From contig JBMOPZ010000040.1 of NCBI GenBank assembly GCA_049321355.1, forward strand, positions 59,410 through 123,409: a stretch of DNA of 64,000 nucleotides, in the 5' to 3' direction. A program made the translations under genes and the position numbers. Source of the stretch: Pseudomonadota bacterium (lineage in GTDB: Bacteria; Pseudomonadota; Gammaproteobacteria; Burkholderiales; Gallionellaceae). The stretch's first letter is position 1, and the number at the start of each line of letters is the position of its first letter. Positions 29,932 through 39,740 of this stretch are shown here, piece after piece. Under the pieces are notes generated by a model that was not told where the DNA came from, did no database searches, and saw only the letters and a program-made list of their open reading frames with translations.

Positions 29932-31209
29932 ATGATGCAACTATTACGTATCACCGTGGGATTGTTACTGTGGGCGCACTTTTCTTTGGCGCACGCGGCA
30001 TTGAATATCGAAATTATCGGTGCGGGCGAATTTCAAATTCCCATCACCATCGCGCCGCTGGGTGGCGATGCCAAGCTGGGTGCCTCCATTCAGGAAGTGG
30101 TGGTGAGCGACTTGCAGCGTAGCGGTCTGTTCCGCATCGTCGCTGCGGGCGACAACCCACCGCAGCGTCCCGAGCAGGTTGATTACCCCGGTTGGCAGGC
30201 GCGCGGAGCGGAGGCTCTGGCAATTGGCACGGTGGAAACCAAAGTCAACGGGCGCATCGAGGCGCAATTCCGCCTGCTTGATATCGTCAAACAAACCCAG
30301 TTAACCGGGCAGGTTGTCGCTTCCAACGAAGGGAAAATGCGCGCAGTCGCCCACCGTATCGCGGATCTGATTTATGAAAAGTTAACGGGTGACCAGGGGA
30401 TATTCAGCACCCGCATCGCTTACGTCAACCGCAAAGGTAAACACTTCAGCCTGATTGTTGCCGACAGCGATGGCTACAACGAACAAACCGTGTTGGCCCT
30501 GAACGAGCCGATTATGTCGCCCGCCTGGTCGCCGGATGGCAGCCACCTCGCCTATGTCAGCTTTGAGTCGGGACGCGCCGCCGTTTATGTGCAATCGCTC
30601 TATACCAATCAACGCACCGTAGTCGCCAATTTTCGCGGCAGCAACAGCGCGCCCGCCTGGTCTCCCGATGGCAAACAACTGGCCGTGGTGCTTACCCGCG
30701 ACGGCGGCTCACAAATTTATTTGGTGCGCCCCGACGGCAGCGGCTTGCGCCGGCTCACGTTTAACGGCGCGATTGATACCGAACCCAATTTTTCGCCGGA
30801 CGGCCAGTTTTTACTGTTTACCTCCGATCGCGGCGGCAGCGCGCAGATCTACCGTATGTCCGTTAATGGCGGCGCGGCACTGCGTCTAACCTTTGGCGGC
30901 GGCACCAATTTCTCACCGCGCCATAGCCCGGACGGCAAGAGCTTTGTTTTTGCGCATCTCGAGCACGGCGGATTTCGCATTGCCACCCAGGATTTCCTCA
31001 GCGGGCAAATGCAGATATTGACCGACACCGGATGGGGCAAAAAACCCAGCTTCGCGCCCAACGGCAAGCTCATCCTGTTTGCCAGCGAGGCGCGTGGTCG
31101 TGGTATATTAGCGACCGTTTCCAGCGACGGGCGCGTCAAGCAGAACATGTTCACGCAAAGCGGTGATGCGCGTGAGCCGATGTGGGGTCCGACTTTATTA
31201 ATTCAGTAA
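29932..31209 (+). CDS. tolB: TolB
   Basis: Beta-propeller repeats SPAWSPDG; AHRIADLIYEKLTG. Confidence 0.95.
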   Translation: MMQLLRITVGLLLWAHFSLAHAALNIEIIGAGEFQIPITIAPLGGDAKLGASIQEVVVSDLQRSGLFRIVAAGDNPPQRPEQVDYPGWQARGAEALAIGTVETKVNGRIEAQFRLLDIVKQTQLTGQVVASNEGKMRAVAHRIADLIYEKLTGDQGIFSTRIAYVNRKGKHFSLIVADSDGYNEQTVLALNEPIMSPAWSPDGSHLAYVSFESGRAAVYVQSLYTNQRTVVANFRGSNSAPAWSPDGKQLAVVLTRDGGSQIYLVRPDGSGLRRLTFNGAIDTEPNFSPDGQFLLFTSDRGGSAQIYRMSVNGGAALRLTFGGGTNFSPRHSPDGKSFVFAHLEHGGFRIATQDFLSGQMQILTDTGWGKKPSFAPNGKLILFASEARGRGILATVSSDGRVKQNMFTQSGDAREPMWGPTLLIQ

Positions 31210-31228
31210 TGCATAAAGGAGAAATGCC

Positions 31229-31738
31229 GTGAAAAAAATTATCATTAGCATCGTACTGGTGAATTTGTTGACCGCTTGTGCCAGCCAAAAACCCAAAGCT
31301 CCCGTGGTTGACGCGATGCCTGACAGCAAAGCCTCCTCCAGCATGTCCGCGCCGATTAGCGAACCTGCGCGCACGGCGGTTGATCCGCTGAATGACCCCT
31401 CCAGCATTTTGGCGAAACGCAGCGTTTACTACCCGCTGGATGTTGATGTCGTGCAGGACGAAGACAAACCCGTGGTACGCGCCCATGCCAAATATCTGAG
31501 CCAGCATCCCAATCGCAATGTGCGCCTGGAAGGCAATGCCGACGAACGCGGCAGCAATGAGTACAACCTTGCATTGGGTCAGCGCCGCGCCGATGGCGTG
31601 AAGAAAATGCTCGAATTGGGCGGTGCGGATGCCGGCCAATTGGAGAGCGTCAGCTATGGCGAAGAAAAACCGCGTGGTACCGACCATAACGAGGCATCCT
31701 GGTCGCAGAATCGCCGTACCGACTTGAACTACAGGTAA
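31229..31738 (+). CDS. pal: Peptidoglycan-associated lipoprotein
   Basis: Lipobox LTAC; EGNADERGSNEYNLALGQRRA; SYGEEKP. Confidence 0.95.
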   Translation: MKKIIISIVLVNLLTACASQKPKAPVVDAMPDSKASSSMSAPISEPARTAVDPLNDPSSILAKRSVYYPLDVDVVQDEDKPVVRAHAKYLSQHPNRNVRLEGNADERGSNEYNLALGQRRADGVKKMLELGGADAGQLESVSYGEEKPRGTDHNEASWSQNRRTDLNYR

Positions 31739-31742
31739 CATC

Positions 31743-32510
31743 ATGCTCAAACTACGCGCCCCGCTACTATTGGTTTGCTGCATTGCCTTTCCGGCACATG
31801 CCGGACTGTTTTCGGACGATCAGGCTCGCAAGCAGGCACAGTCGTTGGAAGAGCGCGTAGCACCGCTGGAAGAAAGCAACAAGCAACAAACCAAATCCCT
31901 GCTTGATTTGCAGGAACAGATAGACTCGTTGAACGGCGAAATCCGTAATCTGCGCGGTCGCAATGAAGAATTGGCGCACGGTCTACAGGATGCGGAGAAA
32001 CGCTCGCGTGACTTTTATATCGATCTGGATGCACGCATACGCCATCTTGAAGAAGCCCAACAAGCGGCAATCGCGGCCGCGAAAGAAAAAACCGTTGCGG
32101 AACAAGCACCCGTAGTCGAGCCTTATGACCCGGTCAAAGAAAATCGCGCCTTTGAAAGTGCTTACGGCTTAATGCAGGAAGGTAAATATGCCGATGCCGC
32201 CACAGCCTTCCAAGACTTTCTGAAACACTATCCCGACTCTGTCCACGCGGCCAACACCACATTCTGGCTGGGGAGTGCCCAGTTCGGGCAGGGTGAATAC
32301 CAGAAAGCCTTGGCCACTTTCGAGAGCCTGCTCAAATCCTCGCCCAACACCGCTAAAGCACCCGATGCGCTGTTTAGTATCGCGGGCTGTCAGCAAGAAT
32401 TAAATCAAGCGGATGCCGCAAGAAAAACACTAGCTCAAATCATCTCCAAATATCCCGACAGCAGTGCTGCTGCAAAAGCGAAGGAGTTGCTCGCACCAAC
32501 CCAGCAGTAA
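31743..32510 (+). CDS. cpoB: Tol-pal protein YbgF/CpoB
   Basis: Signal peptide, coiled coil, TPRs (FWLG, KAPDAL); position after pal. Confidence 0.9.
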   Translation: MLKLRAPLLLVCCIAFPAHAGLFSDDQARKQAQSLEERVAPLEESNKQQTKSLLDLQEQIDSLNGEIRNLRGRNEELAHGLQDAEKRSRDFYIDLDARIRHLEEAQQAAIAAAKEKTVAEQAPVVEPYDPVKENRAFESAYGLMQEGKYADAATAFQDFLKHYPDSVHAANTTFWLGSAQFGQGEYQKALATFESLLKSSPNTAKAPDALFSIAGCQQELNQADAARKTLAQIISKYPDSSAAAKAKELLAPTQQ

Positions 32511-32513
32511 GTA

Positions 32514-33248
32514 ATGTCACACGTAAAACCGGCAGTTAAAATAACCCCATCGGGCAACACCTCGACCTTTCCGACCCGCTCGGCCAGAGTAGCAAGCGCG
32601 GCGACAGAACAGTCGCTGCGCATCAGCGAGATATTTTTTTCCCTGCAAGGCGAGACCCGGCGCATAGGCCTACCTACGGTATTTATTCGCCTGACCGGTT
32701 GCCCGCTGCGCTGTAGCTATTGCGATACGGCTTATGCGTTTAGCGGTGGTGAAAACATGACGCTGGACAATATCCTGCGGCAAGTTGCCAACTATACGCC
32801 GCGCCATGTAACCGTTACCGGCGGAGAACCGCTGGCACAGAAAAATTGCATCCCGTTACTCGCCGCCCTGTGCGATGCGGGCTATCAGGTGTCACTCGAA
32901 ACCGGCGGCGCACTGGACATCAGCCCGGTGGATACTCGCGTTATGCGCGTATTGGACATCAAAACACCCGCATCGGCAGAGGCGGATAAAAATCATTGGG
33001 AGAATCTTGCTCTGCTCACACCGCATGATGAAATCAAGTTCGTGTTATGCGATGAAAACGACTATGTGTGGGCAAAGCAAATCCTGCAACAACATCGCCT
33101 GAACGAAAAGTGCGGTGTTCTATTTTCCCCCGCCCATCAAACCATGAACCCGACAACCTTGGCCGAATGGATACTCAGGGATCGGCTTCCCGTCAGAATG
33201 CAAATTCAGTTGCATAAAATTTTATGGAAAAACGCCCAGGGCCATTAA
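32514..33248 (+). CDS. queE: 7-carboxy-7-deazaguanine synthase (radical SAM)
   Basis: [31 protein letters not shown]. Confidence 0.93.
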   Translation: MSHVKPAVKITPSGNTSTFPTRSARVASAATEQSLRISEIFFSLQGETRRIGLPTVFIRLTGCPLRCSYCDTAYAFSGGENMTLDNILRQVANYTPRHVTVTGGEPLAQKNCIPLLAALCDAGYQVSLETGGALDISPVDTRVMRVLDIKTPASAEADKNHWENLALLTPHDEIKFVLCDENDYVWAKQILQQHRLNEKCGVLFSPAHQTMNPTTLAEWILRDRLPVRMQIQLHKILWKNAQGH

Positions 33249-33925
33249 AAGCACACCATGCCGTCGTCCTGCTTTCGGGAGGACTGGATTCCGCAACCGT
33301 GCTCGCCATGGCGCGAGCGGAAAATTTTAACTGCTACGCCCTCAGCATCGATTATGGGCAACGCCATCACTCCGAACTTACCGCTGCCAGGCAAGTTGCC
33401 CGATCACTGGGCGCGCAAGAATTCAGAATCGTCAAAATTGACCTCACCGGCTTTGGCAGATCGGCACTAACCGACAACCGCATCGCCGTACCGCAGCAAC
33501 CCGGTAGCGGCATTCCAGTCACCTACGTTCCGGCGCGCAACACCATCATGCTGTCGCTGGCACTCGCCTGGGCAGAGGTATTAAATGCACAAGATATTTT
33601 TATCGGTGTCAATGCAGTTGATTATTCCGGCTATCCCGACTGCCGACCCGCCTATATTGCGGCATTTGAAAAAATGGCTAACCTCGCCACCAAATCCGCC
33701 ATCGAAGGCAGCCAGGTTTCCATTCACGCGCCTTTGCTGCATCTCTCAAAAACCGAAATTATCCGGCGAGGGCACGCACTCGGTGTTGATTACGCGCAAA
33801 CCATTTCCTGCTATCAAGCCAACGAGCAAGGCTACGCCTGTGGAAAGTGTGATTCCTGTCGCATCCGCCGCGACGGATTCTTAAACGCGGCACTTACCGA
33901 CCCGACACGTTACCGCCCCGCATAA
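33224..33925 (+). CDS. queC: 7-cyano-7-deazaguanine synthase
   Basis: [29 protein letters not shown]. Confidence 0.95.
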   Translation: MEKRPGPLKAHHAVVLLSGGLDSATVLAMARAENFNCYALSIDYGQRHHSELTAARQVARSLGAQEFRIVKIDLTGFGRSALTDNRIAVPQQPGSGIPVTYVPARNTIMLSLALAWAEVLNAQDIFIGVNAVDYSGYPDCRPAYIAAFEKMANLATKSAIEGSQVSIHAPLLHLSKTEIIRRGHALGVDYAQTISCYQANEQGYACGKCDSCRIRRDGFLNAALTDPTRYRPA

Positions 33926-33971
33926 ATACCGAATCAATGCGGCGAAACCCGCATCCATATTGGATTTTACG

Positions 33972-33999
33972 TTGACAGCACGGGCTAATTCCGTATAAT
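33972..33999 (+). promoter_or_regulatory. Consensus sigma70 promoter for tRNA-Lys
   Basis: TTGACA (33972-33977), 16-bp spacer, TATAAT (33994-33999), 20 bp before the tRNA. Confidence 0.8.
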
Positions 34000-34019
34000 T
34001 CGCGCTCGTTTTGAGTACC

Positions 34020-34095
34020 GGGTCGTTAGCTCAGCCGGTAGAGCAGCGGACTTTTAATCCGTTGGTCGCGTGTTCGAATCACGCACGACCCACCA
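34020..34095 (+). tRNA. tRNA-Lys (anticodon TTT)
   Basis: GGGTCGT acceptor arm pairs with ACGACCC, anticodon loop CTTTTAA, T-loop GTTCGAAT, encoded CCA; 76 nt. Confidence 0.97.
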
Positions 34096-34102
34096 GAAAG
34101 TT

Positions 34103-34130
34103 AAAGCCTTGCAGAGATGCGAGGCTTTTT
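34103..34130 (+). terminator. Rho-independent terminator after tRNA-Lys
   Basis: AAAGCCTTGCA-gaga-TGCGAGGCTTTTT hairpin with T-tract. Confidence 0.75.
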
Positions 34131-34286
34131 ACATTCCAATGATCGCAACCGCAGCGCGAATTCAACCGCACCTCCAGCGTTCCCTGCCAACAGAAAGCAA
34201 TGGATTTTATTTGGAACAGAATTGTGATAAATTTTCCTTGGGCTGACTTTCGTCCATCAAACAACCACCAACAAAGGGAGATTTAA

Positions 34287-34382
34287 ATGAATATTACGAC
34301 CGTCCTATTGACTGTTTTTGGCGTTGCCGCGCTCATTGGCATCATTGCGGTAATTATCGTTGAAGCGGCACGCCCCAAATAA
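34287..34382 (+). CDS. Unannotated 31-aa single-TM micro-protein
   Basis: AAGGGAG RBS, then MNITTVLLTVFGVAALIGIIAVIIVEAARPK*; below the ORF-track cutoff. Confidence 0.55.
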   Translation: MNITTVLLTVFGVAALIGIIAVIIVEAARPK

Positions 34383-34434
34383 ACTCAACTCTGCGATAGA
34401 TGCTTGCACTGGCCTCCGCATAAGCCGAGGTCAG

Positions 34435-35295
34435 TCAGTCGATCAGTTCAACCTTGAGTAATATTCGCCGTTGTGTTTCTTGGCTTACGCCGTCATGGTC
34501 GGATAATGTCGCACCACTCTGCGTTTGTTGCTCGCGGATATCTCCTACTGCCAACCATGTGCCCAATCGCCCACGAATGGTACTGGCGGCACGTTGCTGC
34601 TCGGTGGCAGGATAGCCGTTAGTCACATCGGCAACGTTGTCATTTTGCGCGCTAATTTCCAGATCGACCCAATCGCCATTTAGCCTGGGCAAAACAAAAA
34701 AACCACTCTCCACCTGCTGATACTGGACACTCTCCACCACCTCACTCCCCCACCGGCGGTGAATCACCTGAGTTTGCGGTATCGCCAGGTTTTGACCGCT
34801 ACGGATCAAGGCGCGATTACCTTCCAACACCCGCAACTGTTGTATCTTGTGATCGTTGGCCAACTCGCGTTGCGAGACAATACGGGCATTCAAATAATCC
34901 TGTCCGTTAGCAAGCCGAACATTCAAACCGCCGTCTTCCGTGCTTGCGGGAATACGCAAGCGCGCATCATCTGACAAACCCACATCGGCGGAGATTTCGG
35001 TCAACCGGCTCACCGTCTCACTATCCACATTCTGCAATACGGTGATACGCAAATTGTGTGGCGCGGTATCCAGATGCCGCAACACCTGCCTCACCGATTC
35101 CAGATGCTGCGCTGAGGCACGCAGAACAATCTGGTAATCCATCCCCGTGACCGTTTCATCGTCATCCAGCAAAGGACGAATACTCGGCAGCATTGCTTCC
35201 GCACTACGATGCCTGAGCTGTATCACCTCCAGCTCGGCACACGACGCAACCTGGGTAAAGGTGCCAAACAGCAGTAACAACAGGATTTTTTTCAT
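34435..35295 (-). CDS. Exported secretin-N/NolW-like domain protein
   Basis: Signal peptide MKKILLLLL..; EVIQLRHRSAE..LP.IRPLL KH-like domain; QQLRVLEGNRALI..G segment reminiscent of secretin cores; about 286 aa. Confidence 0.65.
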   Translation of the reverse strand: MKKILLLLLFGTFTQVASCAELEVIQLRHRSAEAMLPSIRPLLDDDETVTGMDYQIVLRASAQHLESVRQVLRHLDTAPHNLRITVLQNVDSETVSRLTEISADVGLSDDARLRIPASTEDGGLNVRLANGQDYLNARIVSQRELANDHKIQQLRVLEGNRALIRSGQNLAIPQTQVIHRRWGSEVVESVQYQQVESGFFVLPRLNGDWVDLEISAQNDNVADVTNGYPATEQQRAASTIRGRLGTWLAVGDIREQQTQSGATLSDHDGVSQETQRRILLKVELID

Positions 35296-35417
35296 CGCGC
35301 TTCTCCTTCGATACAACGCTATACCCCCGACACCTTAACTCTAAACAACCCGTTACAATGAAATCGCCCCGGCATTCATGATTAAGACATGAACCCGAGG
35401 CGACGGATCTTGAAAAC

Positions 35418-35531
35418 TTACGTGTGGCTGGCAATAAAGGAAGTGAAGATGGGTAACGCGACAATGGCGGAAACCACCCCCGCCACAACCCAACGGACAA
35501 ACCTTGCAATACCGTCATAAGCCTTTTTCAT
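35418..35531 (-). CDS. Unannotated 37-aa single-TM micro-protein
   Basis: GAGGTG RBS, then MKKAYDGIARFVRWVVAGVVSAIVALPIFTSFIASHT*. Confidence 0.55.
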   Translation of the reverse strand: MKKAYDGIARFVRWVVAGVVSAIVALPIFTSFIASHT

Positions 35532-35628
35532 TTGAGCACCTCATAGAGTTTTAATATGTCCGGCTAATCCAGTAACCGGACGAAAGCTCAGATACGCGCG
35601 ACCCAAAATGGTTCCATCAGACAAAAAC

Positions 35629-35657
35629 TTGCGTAATTACGTGTGCTTATGGATAAT
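35629..35657 (+). promoter_or_regulatory. Putative sigma70 promoter of rpmE
   Basis: TTGCGT-17 bp-GATAAT. Confidence 0.5.
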
Positions 35658-35712
35658 ACGCGCCCCCGAGAGTGCGTACACCCGCCGCACCAAACCATTT
35701 TAAGGAAAGAAA

Positions 35713-35931
35713 ATGAAAGCTGATATTCATCCCAATTACCAGGAAATTACCGTTACGTGCAGTTGCGGTAGTAGTTTCAAGACCAAATCTGTCATCGGCA
35801 AACCCGAGTTGCGCGTTGAAGTTTGTTCGGAATGCCACCCTTTTTACACCGGCACGCAGAAGATTATGGACACCGCCGGTCGTATTGATAAGTTCCGCCA
35901 AAAATACGGTGCGAAATCAACTGGGGCATAA
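35713..35931 (+). CDS. rpmE: 50S ribosomal protein L31 (Zn-binding type)
   Basis: [30 protein letters not shown]. Confidence 0.97.
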   Translation: MKADIHPNYQEITVTCSCGSSFKTKSVIGKPELRVEVCSECHPFYTGTQKIMDTAGRIDKFRQKYGAKSTGA

Positions 35932-35986
35932 TCGCGAGTTGCTTTGCGGTAAGCATACATCGCGAAACGTGCCGTCGCACGGCGAT

Positions 35987-36013
35987 AAAAAGGCAGCCTG
36001 AGCTGCCTTTTTT
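35987..36013 (+). terminator. Rho-independent terminator after rpmE
   Basis: AAAAAGGCAGC-ctga-GCTGCCTTTTTT. Confidence 0.85.
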
Positions 36014-36061
36014 ATTTAGCGCAATAAACCACTTTTTCATTCATCTGGACGGGAGCTTGAA

Positions 36062-37483
36062 ATGCGTTTACTGATCATACTGACAGCGTTATTGGCACTC
36101 TCCGCTTGCGCGCAGAATCCGGTCTCCGGCAGAACCGATTTCGTAATGATGTCGGAAAGCCAGGAAGTTGCCACCGGTCGCGCCGCCGATGCGGACGTAA
36201 AAAAACAATACCGCGTCTATGAATCAAAAGCGTTGCAAGATTACGTTAACGATGTCGGCCAACGGCTGGCACAAAAAAGCCACCGCCCGGAACTGGAGTA
36301 CCACTTCACCGTACTTGATTCTCCCGAGATCAATGCCTTTGCCCTGCCCGGCGGCTACATCTACATCACCCGTGGCATCATGGCCTACCTCAACAGCGAG
36401 GCGGAACTGGCTGCGGTCATCGGCCACGAAATCGGCCACGTAACTGCACGCCATGGCGTGCGCCAGCAAAGCAGTGCACAGATGGCCGGTCTCGGATTAA
36501 CCATCGCCTCAATTTTTCTGCCCACGATGCAATCGGCAACTATGCAAAACCTCGCCAACACACTGGGCACGGCTTGGCTGTCTGGCTATGGTCGCGACCA
36601 CGAGCTGGAAGCGGATCGTCTCGGCGCGAGCTACTTGGCGCAAAGCGGTTACGACCCGCAAGCCATCATCAGCGTGATTCGCGTACTAAAGAATCAGGAA
36701 TTACGCGATGCCCAAATCGCGCAACAGGAAGGGCGTGAACCGCGCCGCTACCACGGACTCTTCGCCTCCCATCCCGACAACGACACCCGCCTGCAGCAGG
36801 CTGTCGGCGAAGCCGCCGCCCAACAAGTCGCCGCCTCCCCTTACCGGGGGCGCGATGCCTTCCTCGATGTCACCGACGGCATGGTGTTTAACGACAATAC
36901 CGAACAGGGCGTGGTTCGCAACAATCACTTTTACCACGCCGAGCTGGGGTTGGCACTGCGCTTCCCCGAGTCGTGGCGGATACACAATCTGCCGGAGACC
37001 TTAATCGCCATCAGTCCGCAGGGCGCGGCACAACTGCAACTGCAAATGGACCAACAACCGCACGGCTCGCCCGCCGAGTACGCGCGGCAACTGGCGGGTT
37101 ACGATGCCCGGATTCGCTCCCTGGACATCAACGGCTTGCCCGCCGCAACGATTGAACTGGGCAACACGGTGGCGGCGATTGTTTATCTTAACGGTTATGC
37201 CTATTTGCTGCGCGGCGAGGCACAAACACCGCAGCATTTGGCCGCCTATCGCGAGGATATAGTGGACACTCTGATGAGCTTCCACGCACTGACCAACCGC
37301 GAGCGTCACACCATCAAGCCGCTCGTCATTCGCGTGATCAAAGCCCGTCAAAATGACAGCTTCGCCAAACTGGCACAACGTTCACCCCTGGGCGCATCGG
37401 CGGAAAGTTATTTGCGTTTAATCAACGCGATGTACCCGGAAGGTGAACCGCGCGCGGGTCAGTTCATCAAAATAGTCGAGTGA
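36062..37483 (+). CDS. M48-family Zn metalloprotease lipoprotein with C-terminal extension
   Basis: Lipobox LSAC; INAFALPGG; HEIGH; ELEAD; SHP. Confidence 0.88.
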   Translation: MRLLIILTALLALSACAQNPVSGRTDFVMMSESQEVATGRAADADVKKQYRVYESKALQDYVNDVGQRLAQKSHRPELEYHFTVLDSPEINAFALPGGYIYITRGIMAYLNSEAELAAVIGHEIGHVTARHGVRQQSSAQMAGLGLTIASIFLPTMQSATMQNLANTLGTAWLSGYGRDHELEADRLGASYLAQSGYDPQAIISVIRVLKNQELRDAQIAQQEGREPRRYHGLFASHPDNDTRLQQAVGEAAAQQVAASPYRGRDAFLDVTDGMVFNDNTEQGVVRNNHFYHAELGLALRFPESWRIHNLPETLIAISPQGAAQLQLQMDQQPHGSPAEYARQLAGYDARIRSLDINGLPAATIELGNTVAAIVYLNGYAYLLRGEAQTPQHLAAYREDIVDTLMSFHALTNRERHTIKPLVIRVIKARQNDSFAKLAQRSPLGASAESYLRLINAMYPEGEPRAGQFIKIVE

Positions 37484-37514
37484 ACGCGTGCAACATCGCA
37501 GCCGATAAACAGCC

Positions 37515-39164
37515 ATGTATTTCATCAAACCCACCGACCCGTACCCCATCACCCCCGGCAAAGCGCTGATACTTGCCCTGCTGTGCTTGGTCTGGCTGGT
37601 CACGGGTTTGATCGGACATGACCCGTGGAAACCCGACGAGGCATACAGCTTCGGCTTAATCTACTCCATCCTGCAAAACGGTCATTGGTTGGCTCCCACA
37701 CTGGCGGGTGAACCGTATATGAACAACCCGCCGCTGTTCTATTGGACCGCCGCGCTATTCGCCAAACTGCTCTCCCCCTGGTTGGCGCTACACGATGGCG
37801 CGCGTCTCGCCAGCGGTTTCTACACCGCACTCGCCCTACTGTTCATCGGCCTGAGCGGACGCAAACTGTACGGTGAAAATCGCGGCTGGGCGGCAGCCGT
37901 CATCCTCATCGGTTGCATCGGTATGCTGATGCGCGCGCACCAGATGATTACCGACCTGGCACTCTTGGCGGGCTGCGCCATGATGCTGTACGGCTACACA
38001 CTCAGCCAGGAACGCACGGTTCGCGCGGGCATTTGGATGGGCATCGGAGTCGGCATCGGCTTCATGTCCAAAGGCTTTATCGCCCCGCTGTTATTTTTGT
38101 TCATGGCTGCCGCACTACCGCTGCTATCCAACAAGTGGCGGGTGCGCCGCTACTTCTACAGTCTGATTCTCGCTGCATTGTGCGCGTTGCCCTGGCTGAC
38201 AATCTGGCCATTGTTACTCTACCAACATGCGCCGCAATTATTTGCCGACTGGGTATGGACACACAATTTCGGCAACTGGCTAACTTACGCCGCCGGCGGC
38301 CCGGGCAAAGACTCTCTCTACTACCTGAAAAACCTGCCCTGGCTGGCTTGGCCCGCGCTGCCGCTGGCAGCCTGGGTGGTGTGGCAATCTCGCCGCCGCT
38401 TGGCACAACGTGACGATTTGCAGCTACCGCTGGTCAGCCTTTTCGTCATGTTGCTCACCCTCAGCCTGACTCCCAATATCAAAGAAGTCTTCGCCCTGCC
38501 GATGTTACTGCCGATTACATTGTTAGCCACGGCATCGCTCTCGACACTCAAACGTGGCGCGGCCAATGCGCTGGACTGGTTCGGCCTGATGACCTTCGCG
38601 CTATTTGCCATCCTGATGTGGTGGGGCTGGGCGGGCTTGCTGTTGGACAACCACGCCAAAATCACCCAATGGCTAAAAGACTATCAGCCGGGATTCGAAC
38701 CCGCGCTACAACTTAAACACTTCATCGTCGCCATCGTCGCCACCCTACTCTGGCTGATCGTGGTTTGGCGCGTGGGTCGCTCCATGCGCCGCGCCGTGGT
38801 CAACTGGGCGGCGGGCATGACACTCATCTGGATATTGGCAATGACCCTGTGGTTACCCTGGCTGGATAGCGGCAAAAGTTACCGCCACATGGTCGGGTCG
38901 TTGCAACAATCCCTGCCGCCCCATTACCGCTGCATCGGACGCGAAACCCTGGGCGACGGACAACGCGCCATGCTGCACTACTTCGGCGACCTCATCACCC
39001 GGTCCGACCCGCGACAACAATGCGATTTACGCCTGATACAGGGCGGCAAATTATCCGCCGACCTGCCCGATGCACGGCACTGGAAGAAAATCTGGGAAGG
39101 CAGCCGCAAAGGCGACAAAGACGAGCACTATCGGCTGTATCAAAGAATCGATCAACATGACTAA
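37515..39164 (+). CDS. ArnT/PMT-family (GT-C) glycosyltransferase
   Basis: DPWKPDEAY, PPLFYW, SKG; many TM helices. Confidence 0.8.
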   Translation: MYFIKPTDPYPITPGKALILALLCLVWLVTGLIGHDPWKPDEAYSFGLIYSILQNGHWLAPTLAGEPYMNNPPLFYWTAALFAKLLSPWLALHDGARLASGFYTALALLFIGLSGRKLYGENRGWAAAVILIGCIGMLMRAHQMITDLALLAGCAMMLYGYTLSQERTVRAGIWMGIGVGIGFMSKGFIAPLLFLFMAAALPLLSNKWRVRRYFYSLILAALCALPWLTIWPLLLYQHAPQLFADWVWTHNFGNWLTYAAGGPGKDSLYYLKNLPWLAWPALPLAAWVVWQSRRRLAQRDDLQLPLVSLFVMLLTLSLTPNIKEVFALPMLLPITLLATASLSTLKRGAANALDWFGLMTFALFAILMWWGWAGLLLDNHAKITQWLKDYQPGFEPALQLKHFIVAIVATLLWLIVVWRVGRSMRRAVVNWAAGMTLIWILAMTLWLPWLDSGKSYRHMVGSLQQSLPPHYRCIGRETLGDGQRAMLHYFGDLITRSDPRQQCDLRLIQGGKLSADLPDARHWKKIWEGSRKGDKDEHYRLYQRIDQHD

Positions 39165-39182
39165 AACCGGCACCCCGACGAC

Positions 39183-39686
39183 TCAAGCGTTGTGGCAAAC
39201 CATGCACAACGCGCTGTGCGCATTATCAATACGCAAATAAGATCCCGCCGACTCTTTAGCCAACCCCGCCACACCATGCGGCTTATGGCAAGTTGCGCAC
39301 TCCACGGTAGCCGCACCTTTCGCGCCAAACAACTGCACTTCATCCATATCAGGCTGACCGTTGCCATTACGATCAAAGAAAGACACCGCCGCCAACTCCA
39401 CCGTCGGATGCAAATACTCCGAACTGCGGCCATTTCCGGAAAAATGCCGCACCCCCACCGGGTGATGTGATTTTTGCGCCGCGTATAGCCCGCTAAAATT
39501 TCTCGCACCCGGAGCCAACCTGGGCGCATGGCAGACCCGGCAATCGACATTACCCGCCACCTCGTCCACCGTTGCCGGAAACTTATTCTTGGCACAGCCG
39601 ACAAACAACAGCCCGCTCGCCAACACCCCAAACAACACGCCGGAAAATTTAATTCTGCAAGTCATCTCAACCTCCAAAATCCGCAC
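39183..39686 (-). CDS. Small triheme c-type cytochrome lipoprotein
   Basis: CRVCH, CATCH, CMVCH; lipobox FVGC; SHHP distal His; exact start uncertain. Confidence 0.75.
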   Translation of the reverse strand: MRILEVEMTCRIKFSGVLFGVLASGLLFVGCAKNKFPATVDEVAGNVDCRVCHAPRLAPGARNFSGLYAAQKSHHPVGVRHFSGNGRSSEYLHPTVELAAVSFFDRNGNGQPDMDEVQLFGAKGAATVECATCHKPHGVAGLAKESAGSYLRIDNAHSALCMVCHNA

Positions 39687-39740
39687 AACTCCCCTGCGCT
39701 TACTCTACTCCGAATCAAAACAAGTGTCGCGCCCGGACAC

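Noticed and set aside
32514-33925. queE/queC as a 7-deazaguanine DNA-modification (dpd) defence system
   Set aside because: The standard tol-pal-cpoB-queE-queC-tRNA order with no dpdA or other dpd genes indicates ordinary queuosine synthesis.
34205-34230. sigma54 promoter (TGGAACAGAATTGT) before the 31-aa ORF
   Set aside because: Spacing is GG-N9 rather than GG-N10-GC, and the GC is absent.
34020-34430. Prophage or island integrated at tRNA-Lys
   Set aside because: No integrase and no duplicated tRNA 3' end anywhere in the window.
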